This document shows, one piece after another, positions 1 through 11,598 of a DNA stretch of 64,000 nt; within the stretch, counting starts at the first letter, position 1, and every line of letters starts with the position of its first letter. Under the pieces are notes generated by a model. It saw nothing but the letters and a program-made list of their open reading frames with translations, ran no database searches and was not told the origin of the DNA. Source of the DNA: Takakia lepidozioides (lineage: Eukaryota > Plantae > Bryophyta); contig CM060731.1 in the NCBI GenBank assembly GCA_030704615.1, forward strand, positions 34,720,001-34,784,000. Reading direction: 5' to 3'. Made by a program: the position numbers and the translations under genes.

Positions 1-610
1 GTATGTCGGATAATCTTGGGAGTAGGCAGGAAATCCGTTGATATCATTGTTTACATGAACGCTTTCTCTTATTTCCGCCAGGGTATCCTTACAGATGACT
101 TCAGGTGTATTGTTCAGAGATTCGGATGCGTTCCGCGGCGATTCTACAGTCACATTTTTGTCATTGACAAACACTTTGTTCGGCTCGGTAGACCTCCAAC
201 TGGATTTTTCATCTAATTCCGAAACACCATGTTTTCTGGACGGTCCGCTTCCATCACGTCTACCGAACACCGTCTTTTGCTCCAATTGAATCTGGCTGTC
301 TTGTACTCATCGTCAGACACCGGTTCCCCACCCTCGTTCCTCTTTCTCATTCTGACATAAAAACTAATCAGAGTGTGTAACTGACTGACCCAAAGAAATA
401 TCGAACCTCCACTGGGTAGTGGAGGTTCCCAATTATCGTATCCCAGTCTCGTTGGAAAGTATATGTCACACTTACAATGTTACACATATGATTCCATCAC
501 TCGTTCCCACATCGTCTCAAACTGATTTCAATTTTCCCGTAATTATCCGATTTCGTCCTTACTTAAAAAAAAAATCTTTCAGCTTCCGCATACAGAATTC
601 ACGTGAACCT

Positions 611-1030
611 CATTAGTACAGATTATCGTTTTTATGACTGCAAATATCACTACATTTGCAGTGATAAGTGCGATTATGACTACATCACTCTGCAGTGATA
701 AACACGAAGTCAGTTCTACCATCACTGCGGAGTGATAAGTGCGAAGTGATGGTCGTCACTGCAGACGTGGCACCTGCCTACGACTCAGAGTGACGTGGGG
801 TGTAGTGTTGTAGTCATAACTATACGACTACAAGGCTACGTGTCATGACTACAATTACGACTATATCACTACAGATGAGTGCCAACATGGAGAGGTCTCT
901 CCATGACACGCATGACCCCCCCCCCGGATGTATATGACTACACTTATGACTATATCACTACTCACTACATCATTGAGGGTAGCATGTAGTATATTTCATG
1001 ACTACAAATATGACTCCATCACTATAGGTT
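611..1030. repeat. Left TIR and subterminal repeat array of Pack-CACTA copy 1 (putative TnpA-binding motifs)
   Basis: Many copies of (A)TGACTAC/ATCACTAC, mirrored as GTAGTCAT/GTAGTGAT at the right end (~6930-7292). The same arrays occur at 50520-50950 and ~57655-58017. Confidence 0.85.
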
Positions 1031-1457
1031 TGTACTGGTTCTGGTAGGTCATCTAACACGTGTCTTTATTCGATTAGTTTATAAAACCATTAATGTTATT
1101 TTATCTATTTATTTCATATAAATTTTATTTATTGTTTTGATATTCAGATATGTTTCAATATACAGAGCAATATATTTAATTGAATGAAAGAATTTCACAC
1201 AAATACACAGATTGTTGAATGTCGATCATACAACAAAAAAACAATGGGAAAAATGTTCCCATGGATGCCGCAAAGGCTCTACAATGAGCATTCAAGAAGC
1301 CTGAAATGCCACATGGATAAATAACCAAGCCTCAAAGGCTACAAGTCCCAAAACCCAAGCCCACACCGGGCCTGCAGTCCACTAGTACTCATACAATTGA
1401 AGAGTTCTATTTACAAATCACCATTGTGGCATATTTTCAACTACATTGCATCACATA

Positions 1458-1514
1458 GTGCCACCATTGACTGGGATCAGAAAAGTAATCATTCCACAGC
1501 TTCTCGTCATTTGC
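1458..1514 (-). pseudogene. Captured snippet of an OSB-type PDF motif (organellar ssDNA-binding protein)
   Basis: Translates NDEKLWNDYFSDPSQWW(H/D), matching the start of the OSB PDF motif (LWxdxfxnPxqWWD). Also present in copy 2 at ~51383-51440 with WWD. Confidence 0.6.
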
Positions 1515-2581
1515 CCATAGGTCTCCAAAGCCTCCATCCCGCGCCCTTGTTGTGCATATCCTGCAATCATCACACTCCACAACACCAGGACAACACCACA
1601 TGTCGTTCAGCCATACTGTCGAACATTCCCTTTGCATCCTCAATGCACCCACATTTGGCATACATGTCCACCAGGGCAGTGTTCAGAATGACAAGTGCAA
1701 TTCCAGATTTGATGATGCCACCATGCATCTCTTTGCCCTTTTCCAGGGCTGCCAGGCTTGCACGAGCTTTGCAAACACACAAACGTGATCTGGTTACACT
1801 TCACCCCTTCCCCCACCATTTGCTCATAGGTCTCCAAGGCCTCCATCTCGCGCCCCTGCTGTGCATATCCTGCAAGCATGGCATTCCATGACACCATATC
1901 TTGTTCAGCCATACTGTCGAACACTCCCTTTGCATCCTCGATGCACCCACATTTTGCATACATGTCCAGGGGCTTTCACCCCTTCCCCCATCATTTGATC
2001 ATAGGTCTCCATACCAAGTCCCTGCTGTGCATACCCTGCAAGCATCGCGTTCCATGACCACATCTCGTTCAGCCATAGACTTGTTGAAAACTCCCTTCGC
2101 ATCCTTAATGCACCCACATTTCGCATACATGTCCACCAGGGAAGGGTTCAGAATGACATCTGGTATAATTCCAGCTTTGACGATGTCACCATGGACCTCT
2201 TTCCCCTTTTCCAGAGCTCCCCTGCTTGCACACATTGCAAACACAAAAAAATGTGATGTGGTTGGGCTTCACCCCTTTGCGCAGCATTTGCTCATAGGTC
2301 TCCAAAAGCATTCCTACCACACCCATGCTTGGTAAATCCTGCCAACATTATATTCCACGTGATCAAAGATCGTTGAGGAATTCTGTTGAACACTTGGTGA
2401 GCATCCATGATGCTCCCACACTTAACATACATGTTGACAAGGGTGTTGAGTAGGAAAACATTTGGTGTGAATCCGCTGTAGATAATGTGAGTGTGCACCT
2501 ACTTTCCAGCTTCCAGACCTTGAATCATCTTGATGCACTTAAGCAAGAGACAGACATACGTACCTGAATCTGCTGAAATGC
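1515..2581 (-). pseudogene. PLS-class PPR gene fragment (frameshifted) inside Pack-CACTA copy 1
   Basis: Repeated LVDMYAKCGCIEDAKGVFDSM / VSWNAMLAGYAQQG / EKGKEVHGDIVKAG motifs are spread over several short ORFs in shifting frames. Confidence 0.92.
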
Positions 2582-2922
2582 AAAAAACATGTAAATTTGT
2601 TGCAGCAAGGAAACTTTCACCCCCACTGTTCTGCAGTACTCGAGTTACTGTAGCCCAGTGTGAAGACAACCTGTTCGACTATGACGTTGTATTGGCACTG
2701 TCTGTCACCTCATCTACTTGTTCTTGAAGCCTCCGGACTTGACTATGTTGGCTTTCAACAAAAGCAATGAGGTTACAGGTACACCTGTTCAAGGTGCTGC
2801 CATTCCTACCCGTCCTTGCTGCCACAACTATTCAAAGCCTAGGCCAAAATCTTGGTGACATTATTAGTACAATACAATACCGCTTTGGGCCAGCCTCCTA
2901 GCACACAGAGAACACAGACCGT

Positions 2923-4830
2923 TTACTTAATTTTTTTGCTGAAATACGACCCAAGTTTTGTGGAGAACTTCTTCTTGGCTTCTCCGCTGAAGGAAACTTG
3001 AACTGCAAGACCTGGGCCAGTGACTCTAGCTGTTTCTGGTCTTGTGCGCCAGCTGGGTTCGAGTAAGGGAATGGCCACACCTCCACCATTGGCTGGACTC
3101 ACTGCCACCCCAACAGTGCTGCGTGTCGTTTGCGTTGTGGCCAGAACTGCTTTGTGCCGCTGTTCAGTCTCTGCCCTCCATTTCGGAAGCTCCCCTTCAA
3201 CTGCTGACTTTGCAGCCTCGGCCAACTCAGCTTTGTGAATTGCCTGTCTCATTGCTGCTCGGCTAGCCTCGGCCTCATTCTTGGCTGCATCAAATTTGCT
3301 CAAGCTCTCTTGCTCACTCACTTTTGCTACATCAGCCTGCCATCATGATCTCAAAGTTAGTCCTGATGGCTGCATTAACATTGTTTACTGTTCATAGACC
3401 CTAACTTCAAAACCTGTTGTCACACTAATAGGTGTATTTCACTAGTCAGAACTCTGATAGAACTTTCCAGGTCACAGTTTAGAAGGACAGGAAAACTCTC
3501 CCCTACACACAGCACAAGGACATTATCGGAGGAGAAAGAAATAAGAAAAACTCTATAATATGCACTGGAAGCCCAAAGGGAGAGAGAGAGAAGGTGGTCG
3601 ACCTCATAGCTATCTCTTTTAGACAGTAGTTCTTTCTAATCTTATGTTTAGCCTAGATGGCCATGGACTGGAAGGCTGCAGGGATTGTAGGTAGTGACAA
3701 CAGAAATACTAGGAACAAAAGAACTAACCTGAGCCATGGCTGCTGCCACTCGTTTGTTGGCTAACTCATCTGACTCTTGCAGTTTTCTGCTCAATGCCTC
3801 GTACTCTTCCTGTGAATGTGTAACCTCAAGTCCCAGTTCCTTGGCCTGTGCATCAGTATTGATTCTCCTTGTCAGTGATTTCACCTGCAACAAAGAATCA
3901 CTTTCAGGTTTACTTTGCATCGCTGCTGCCTGACTACCATTTGCATTCTAGCAATACAATTCCTTGAGACAGTACAAATCCAATGCCAAACAGTCAAACT
4001 CCTCGGTCAATCAGCAGCATATGAATTGCAAGCTTTGAATACACAAGCTTCAAATCATCCTAAAACAAAATGTCCAAAACAATTTACACAAGTATCCTAG
4101 GAAAACAATCTCAGTTACAATTGACAAAAATATCTGAAAATGAAAATGAATCTGAGCAAGAGGAAGGGACTCGCACAAGTTTATTTCAAACCTCTGAGAG
4201 TGCCAGAGCCTCAGAAGCTCTTGCTGCCTCAGTCTCCCTCAATGCTGCTTGCAACCGGCTATCTGTGGTGCTCATATGTGGCTGGATTTGCTCCAACTCT
4301 CGTTTGGCTCTGGCAGCTGCATCTCTTGCTTCAGCTGCTGCAGACTTGGATTCATCTGCTTCAATCGTCACCTGCTTGACAATCCATATACAATTTTGAG
4401 TGGAAGCAATACTAGATACACGCAAACAAGCAAGCCCTAAACAAGCAAGCCCCCCCCACATCTTCACACTTCCCTTTCTCCCCCTCTAGTCTCATAAGCT
4501 TCCTGTGGACTGTAAATCACTCTAATACTGGTCAGGTACACATTCCTTGACCTGGTGCAAGGCCTCAGTCAAGGCTGACACATTCTCCTTAGCCTTTGCC
4601 TCTGCCAAAGTAGCAGCCTCCAACTCTGCCTGTGCTTTGGTTAGCTGCTGCTCCATCTTCACAGCAACTGTCTCTCCCTCCCTCAGTATTGAAAGCTCTA
4701 TCTGATTTGGAGTTCGCCAACTCAGCCTTCAATGATGCCAGAGAGGCTGACAGCCTTGCCTCCTGCTCAGAGGCTCTCTTCAACTTCATGTTTGATTCTT
4801 CTAATTGGATGGAGAACACTCTAGCCTTCA
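2923..4830 (-). pseudogene. Captured 3' part of a WEB1/PMI2-like (DUF827) coiled-coil gene, 4 exons with 3 introns
   Basis: Exons ~4830-4552 (frameshifted), 4371-4192, 3884-3729 and 3336-2923 have GT-AG borders. Motifs include EAARASEALAL, EYEALSRK..LANKRVAAAMAQ and AEAAKSAVEGEL.KWRAE.EQR. Confidence 0.85.
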
Positions 4831-4916
4831 ATTAGTCAAGGGAGGTCATTAGCTGTATGTTAGTGGGTACAATGTATCCAAGAGGAAAGCCCAGGATACC
4901 TTTCATCCAGGTGATG

Positions 4917-4977
4917 GGTGCTCTTAATCCCCTGACAAGAGGATTTCGGCTTTCACTTGGCAGGGGTTAAAAGCACC
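4917..4977. repeat. Small imperfect inverted repeat (MITE-like hairpin) within cargo
   Basis: GGTGCTCTTAATCCCCTGACAAG ... CTTGGCAGGGGTTAAAAGCACC. Confidence 0.55.
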
Positions 4978-5003
4978 TAGGTTCGCTATATGAGTGCCTT
5001 CCA

Positions 5004-5387
5004 TAGAGCCTCTGTCAGTCTGCCTGCCTCACAAAGCATCTTCACATGCCCAGAAGTGCCAGAAGAGGCATTGTGGACTCCCTCTCTTGATCCTCTTTCA
5101 GAAGCTGTGGTCATGGTTGAGGTGCCTGATTTACTGTGCCGCTGCAGCTGCTGCCTTTAGTTGACCATCTACCCATGTAGGTTTCTTGTGGCTATTGATC
5201 CACATGGAATCATAGGTAATCTTGAGCTTGAAATCTGGCCCTCTTGGATGAATCTGGACCCACTCTCGATCCCTGCTCCTTCAGCTATCTCTGCCTCTGC
5301 ACAGATCATGCACACATGTTTGTCTTGCTGCTAGCAGCTGACAATGACAGCCTAGATGTGTTCCAGCAAACACCCTAACCCTACTTA
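5004..5387 (-). pseudogene. 5' (targeting-peptide) region of the PPR gene
   Basis: Homologous to 52650-53030 and 56362-56554. In copy 2 it is directly contiguous with the PPR repeats (…GHVKILCEADRLTEALQTL). Confidence 0.7.
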
Positions 5388-5922
5388 GGAACTTATTATA
5401 GAACCCACCTCCGATATGCCCGCAACGGTTATCAGAGACACTTCGACTGGCACTGGTGATGGTACTATCACAGCGTTTATCGGATTGTCCACCATCCCGT
5501 GACCTACACCTCTAAGATTCATTACGCATGGGATGTTGAATGAAGCAAGATGCTTCGCCGGTCCGACTCCACTTAGTAGTAGCAACTGTGGACTGCCCAG
5601 AGCCCCTGCTGTCAAAATTACCTCACCGTGTCCCAGTCGATCAGGTCCCAGCCCAGCTTCTTCCAGGAATGCCCAATGCTCAACACCTTCAGCATCTGTG
5701 TACACGACGCCCGATGCAGATGGCTTTGAATCCTCCGCTGCAACCATGTGGGATCCAAGTTCATAACCCGGGTCAATGTGAGTATTGTCAAGAAACTGAG
5801 GAACTAACTTCAACTTGCAGAACGTCAACCGTCATGATGAATGTCTTAGAAGATAAGCTCGACTTGTTTATCATACTGACTACTGAGCTCCTACTGAGTC
5901 AGTTTGGTCAAGTAAAAATTAG
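5388..5922 (-). pseudogene. Captured GMC oxidoreductase (HOTHEAD/mandelonitrile lyase-like) exon plus upstream intron
   Basis: Translates GEVILTAGALGSPQLLLLSGVGP…GVGHGMVDNP…VIVPSPVPVEVSLI. A splice acceptor TTGCAG precedes the exon start at 5737. The segment is absent from copy 2. Confidence 0.88.
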
Positions 5923-6039
5923 TCCAACAGGCATTCACTTTTTTGCACCAACGAGCTAACTTGCAGAATTCAACCTGAAAATTTAGGGATGACTATGATA
6001 AGAGGGAAAACAGGCTGAAATGTGTTGAAGAAGGTGCTC

Positions 6040-6700
6040 ATAGGTCTCCAAAGCCTCCATCCCGCGCCCTTGCTATGCATATCATGCAATCATCGCACTC
6101 CACGACACCACATCTCGTTCAGCCATACTGTTGAACACTCCCTTTGCACCCTCGATGCACCCACATTTTGCATTCATGTCCACGAGAGTACTGTTCAGAA
6201 TGACATCGGGTACAATTCCAGCTCTGACAATGTCACCATGGACCTCTTCGCCCTTTTCGAGGGCTGCCAGCAGGCTTACGCATGCATTGCAAATGCAATC
6301 AAACGTGATGTGGTCGGGCTTCACCCCTTCCGCCATCATTTGATCGTAGGTCTCCAAAGCCTCCTTCCCGCGGCCTTGCCCATTCAGCCATACTGTTGCA
6401 AACTCCCTTCACATCCTCAATGCACCCACATTTCACATACATGTCCACGAGGGTGATATTGCAAACTTAAACGAATGTGACCCGGTCCGGCTTCACCCCT
6501 TCCCGCATTATTTGCTCATAGGTCTCCAAAGCCTCTATACCATGCCCCCACTGTGCATATCCTCGCCCTTCCTACATCATTTGCTTAAGAATAAGCTCAA
6601 GAAAGCCACATCAGTGCTCAAGAATAGGTCGCAAAGCCTCAACCCCATGCCCTTGCATTGTATATCTTGCGATCATCCCGTTCCATGACATAAGTTCTCC
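6040..6700 (-). pseudogene. Second PLS-PPR fragment block in copy 1
   Basis: Translates ETYDQMMAEGVKPDHITF…LVDMNAKCGCIEGAKGVFNSMAERDVVSWSAMIA. Homologous to ~56700-57420. Confidence 0.88.
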
Positions 6701-9472
6701 CTCCTTCGGCTCGATACTACGAAAACAAATGGTAGCGCGGGAGACAAAAAGAGGCTAAGTCCCAGCCCTATGTGTTCACGGCTGAACGTGGGCAACCCTA
6801 AAGCAATTTTTTGAATTTTTTGAATTTTTTGCTCTTTGTGGCATTCCATTGACACAAGTGCTTTGTTAAAGATAGATGGATGAGGTCATCCAATGGATGA
6901 ATCCATTCATGTATATGCCTTAAGATGCCACGTGTAGTGATGTAGTCATATAAACATAGCTGGAAACCTACTATAGTCATGTAGTCATAAGCTTCTATGG
7001 CATGTCATCAATGTGTAGTAGTGGTGTAGTCATTTAGTCATAAGCTTATATGGCACGTGTCTGACGTGTAGTATTGCGTATGACTATTAGTTATATAAAC
7101 CAAGCATGTGTTCTTGGTCAACAATGTTTGACCACAGCTCCTAGTCATGTAGTAACATATATGACTTCATTAGATTAAAATATATTAAAATGCGCCCAAC
7201 AATGGGTTTCATCACTATGTAGTCACATATATAGTCATGGTTACCGAGGTTTATATTACCCGTAGTCATAAAAACGACAATCTGTACTAGTGCCTCCACT
7301 GGGCAGTGGAGGTTCCAGTTTCTGGTTGCTCATGTGCAAGACATGGGTCTACGAATACTCTACTCTGGTCTGCACGAAGCCTATTGTTAGCATATGTCTA
7401 CTGTAGAATACAAGTAGACTAGGCTATCGTGGTTTTTCAGAATTGCCAAATTCGACATAATTGGATAAGAAATGAAAATTTTCATTCAGAATCGAATTTG
7501 AATGGGAAGAAATGCATCAACTAACGCTGGATTTGGGGATCAAGAAAACGGTTGAGAAATAAACATCTGGGCATTTCCGAAACCATTGTCCTCAATAAAC
7601 CACCACAATGAACAAAACAAGCAATACAACCAGCACGGTAATCTCCCGCCACCCTAAACCATTACCCTAATCGACCAGAACAAGCACACACAAACCCAAT
7701 TGCACACAAAACCATCCTACAAACCATCGGTGAATTGAAAAACAACAATGACGCAGGAATGCACTGAAGCACAGAATGGAACAAGAGTGAAATGAATTGA
7801 CAGAGAATGAAACAACATTGAAGCAAACAATGAAGCAAACAATGAAGCAGAAACCTAATGTGCACTAAAGCACGGACTGAAGCACTGAAGATAGTGCAGT
7901 GCAGCAGAGAATGAAGCAGGATCCAAACGAATTGGATCTTGAACAGGCCACATGAATCGAGAGCGGGCCAACACAAAACTGAGAACATGCCAACACATGA
8001 ATTCAGAACAGGCCAACACAAAACATGAAACAGAAGACGAAAAGAGGGAGTTTTTAATGTTGTATCTGCTTGTGCCGGCCATTTTGGTGCCCCTGCAACC
8101 ACAGTCCTTCGTTTGATACTCTCTTCCGCACCTTCGCCTGCCGGTAATTGCACTGTGCTCTCGCCTCTACACTCGTCAATCTCCACTCGCCACTGTCCGG
8201 TCTCTCCTCCCCGCTCTTCAAATTTCGCCTATTTCACTCTCTCACCTTTCACCCTCTCCTCTCTCTGCACTCGGCCAAGTCTGCTCTTTCTCTCCACGCT
8301 CCAGTGTCCAGTCGCTGCAAAACGAGCTCCAAAACTCTTCTCTTTCACGCTCTCCTCTCTCAACTGTTAAGCTCTCACTCGCGCAGCGCTTACGCGTAGA
8401 AAATGGGAAGCCCAAAGGCCGTGCTCAAAGAGCGCACCCCTTATAAGCGACCTTCAAGGATGATCTGAAACATCGCCTCCGTCCGAAATCGAACGGTCGC
8501 GCGGCCCAAATGGATGTTCTGCCCCATCCACGCAAACTAACATTAATACTGTCCATCCACACAGATGAAATTAGTTCAACTTTTGTTCCACGAATGCACA
8601 CACGTTTATACAGACAACTGGAGAGACGAATGAAAAAAGAACGAAATGATTGTAATGATGCCATTGATCAGACTCTGCAACCCTCACACTTACAAAAATC
8701 TTAAAATAGATTCGAAGCCAACAAACCTTAACCCACGCCCCAAACGCACATGTGACCACCCACGTGACACGCCTAGGCAGTCGTTTCGAACTCAATCTGC
8801 CAGAAGACACAACGTTGTACCTATGGATTCGTCACACTGTATAATCATTGTCTCATATTGGGCTGTCCACGATTACTTTCGGCTGTTAGCCGCCAGGCGT
8901 CAATATTCCCTGACAGACATACGGCTTTAAGGATAGTAGATGGCCCCTCGTGTCGGGCATTCCTCGATTTAAGGTCCAGAGCCACCATAGGGACTGCCCA
9001 TTTATCGAGGGATACCCGACACGAGGGGTCCATCCCTACATTAAACATGTGCAAGCAAGCAAGGCACGACAGAGCATTCCGCACACCTGTAATGCACCGC
9101 CCTCACTGTCCAATGCAATGCGCCGACATGTAATGCCCCGCCCTGCCCAAGTGTTTTATTCACTGTAACAGCACGATAAATATAAACAGAACAATCTCAA
9201 AGTGCTTTATGGTTCACCTCCGGATCCTCCCAGCTAATTATATAATGATCGATTGTTAATGTGCAGTCCCGAATTAGTTGTGGCGATTAGCCGCCTAACT
9301 TCATTTTTCTAGGCCACTTGTCAGAATCGACATCCTTCACGCTTATTCCAGAGTCTGCTGTCAGAGTCGCACGATAATGATGCCAGACTTGTAGTCCTAC
9401 TAACGTACAAGTACGATAGAATTCAGTCTGATCGCGGCCGTTATTGTTTGTTCCATAATTAATGTGACAATG

Positions 9473-10693
9473 TGTCGCGCACCTCACTTCGGTAAGCTCC
9501 CCTTCAAGTCATAGTTACTCGCTTTTATGCGCGCGACTGACTCCCAACCTGGCCGCCGGGCCAACTTGGAGCTTCGGCTGCTCACCGGGACATAACGGTC
9601 CCCCTTCGCTCTCCCACTAAACCCTCCACCTATTTGGGCCTAGTGGAATTCCCTTTTGTAGATGGCAGTCCGGAACAGCTCCCCACTCTTTTGCCGCTTT
9701 CCGGCTCGCTCGCTTACTCACTAGTTTTTGGTCACCAACGGGCTTGCATCGTTCTCAGGGTCACTACTCCCCTTATATATACTTCTGTAGCTATCCGCGG
9801 GGGTTTCACAACCAGCCATGCCATTTTATGGCGAACCACCACGAAAACCCTCGACTCCCGGTGGTGAGTCGCGGTGAGTCTTGGCCCACTCACCACGGCC
9901 CCATTGGGCCGTGATGAGTCCCAAGACTCCCCACGACTCCCTCCACGAGGTCTCCACCCCATGGTGAGTCCTATGCCACCCCCACTAAGTCCCGCTAAGC
10001 TACCACCACCTCTTGTGGAGCCACCCCCACCGCAACCCGGTCTGCGGGGCTCCACCTAGTGAGCGCCTCCGCCTCCTTGAGTGCCTTGGGCACTCAAGGG
10101 TGCTCGAGGCACGACGCGACCAGTAGCTGCATCAGTACCGATATCTCCCACTACCAGCACTAGTAGTGGAACAAGTAGTGCCGGTACTTCTGCAGGTGGT
10201 ACCAGTTCAAAAGGTGCTACTACTCCTCCTACCACGACTACAACACATGTGCCTAGATTTAACCCGGTGGTGGAGTTCTTCCAGGAGTTGCGGAGGAACT
10301 ACCAAGGTGTACGGACAGAGAAGCTGCGAAGTTTGCAAGACTTCCAACGCAAACCCAGTGAGAGTTTGCGAGAGGCCTACACTCGTATGAGGCGCTTGAT
10401 AAGTGTGACCCAAGGGGTTACTGAAGCTCAGGCAATCCAGTTCTAGTATGGAATTTTGGACAAGGAGCTTAGGAGAAGGGTGCGGGATGCAACCCTGTTA
10501 CAAGCAGCCTAACCCACATTAGCAGATGTGTTTCTGTTGGCTGAGCGGATTGAGCTCAACATGGTGGAGGAGCGAGTTGTTACCATTGGGTTTGGCAAGG
10601 ACCCCCCATACCTATCGCTGCCGCTGCCCCCACCACAGGGGCAGCCCCTCATGTGTCCCGACCCCCCCGCCCTCAAGGCAAAGGGCCGCGACA
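9473..10693 (-). repeat. 3' LTR (1221 bp, contains a 497-bp insertion)
   Basis: Aligns to 16199-16926 with roughly 14 substitutions counted by eye, apart from the insert at 10105-10601. Confidence 0.95.
10105..10601 (+). pseudogene. Foreign retrotransposon gag (capsid) fragment embedded in the 3' LTR
   Basis: Translates FFQELRRNYQGVRTEKLRSLQDFQRKPSESLREAYTRMRRL…F*YGILDKELRRRV…PTLADVFLLAERIE, with in-frame stops at 10444 and 10510. It differs from the element's own gag. Confidence 0.75.
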
Positions 10694-11598
10694 CACACCC
10701 CTACCAACAGGGAGTCGATGTCCTCATCGACTTGTCCATTTTGTAGAAACGAACATCCAAGTTGTGGCGTCCCACATCAAGGAGTTTGTTTCCGTACCAT
10801 GGCGCCCCATGGCAAAGAACCAAACCCCACACTTGACTCTACTCTCCACTAGCTAGTTCGGCCGACTTCCTCCAAGTCCCGGCCAAGGGTGGAGCCTCTC
10901 CAGCTCCTCCCAGTGCACTCTTCTTGGCCTACTTCAAGGCCAAGGAACGATCCTCCCCGAGGATCGAATCGCCTTACTGCAACAACATTGCTTGCGACCG
11001 CTCGTGATGCCGCTTTTGGCATCACCTTGAGCAAGGGTTCACCTGGAACCCTCTATGACTAGGAAGATAACCTTGAACCAACCGTGCGCCCCAATCACTA
11101 CAATTGGGTCCGCCTGGGAATGCTGGCCTGAGGTACGGGAACACGCAGAAGCCGCACTACGACTTCGTCCCGAGGCTACACGATTATAGTACGTGAACGG
11201 AAGCACGTGGCTTCTGCATTAGCCCGCACTACAAGGCAACCCCCTCGGTAGCGCAGTTATAGCACGCGCACGCGCCAGGTGCGCACTAGCACGTGAACTC
11301 CCAAAGAAAGCGCAAGTTTCATTGCCCCTCGGATGGGGGTCACCCGATTTTGGCACTACGCAAACACATGATTAACCCAATTTATCTCTCCCACTTTTAT
11401 AAGGTAGCATGCATTCTACACACTAGCCAACCATACCATGCATCACCATTCCAAACAAAATAGGACGCACAACATTTGGAAGTCATTTCATTTATAGCAC
11501 GTTTTGTACAATACAAGTTTTTGCAATCGGATTCCTAAGCTAGCTAAGCCGGGCTAAGCATGCATTTCCTCCCCCACGCTCCAAGGTTGATGTCCCCA

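Larger units (their letters stand above)
611..7292 (-). mobile_element. Non-autonomous Pack-CACTA (En/Spm) DNA transposon, copy 1
   Basis: Terminal inverted repeats are CATTAGTACAGATTATCGTTTTTATGACT (611-) and AGTCATAAAAACGACAATCTGTACTAGTG (-7292). A 3-bp TSD CCT lies at 608-610 and 7293-7295. Both ends have dense subterminal ATGACTAC/GTAGTCAT motifs. There is no transposase and the interior is host-gene fragments. Strand reflects cargo orientation. Confidence 0.93.

Noticed and set aside
630-1030. CRISPR-like or satellite array
   Set aside because: These are short, irregularly spaced motifs mirrored at the opposite end, typical of CACTA subterminal repeats.
1437-2581. Functional PPR editing-factor gene
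   Set aside because: It has multiple frameshifts and deletions, no E/DYW domain, and lies inside a transposon.
7662-8186. 174-aa hydrophobic ORF
   Set aside because: It derives from low-complexity degenerate repeats and shows no family signature.
9634-10059. Short ORFs duplicated at 16360-16785
   Set aside because: They are incidental frames in GC-rich LTRs, and the duplication is explained by the LTR pair.
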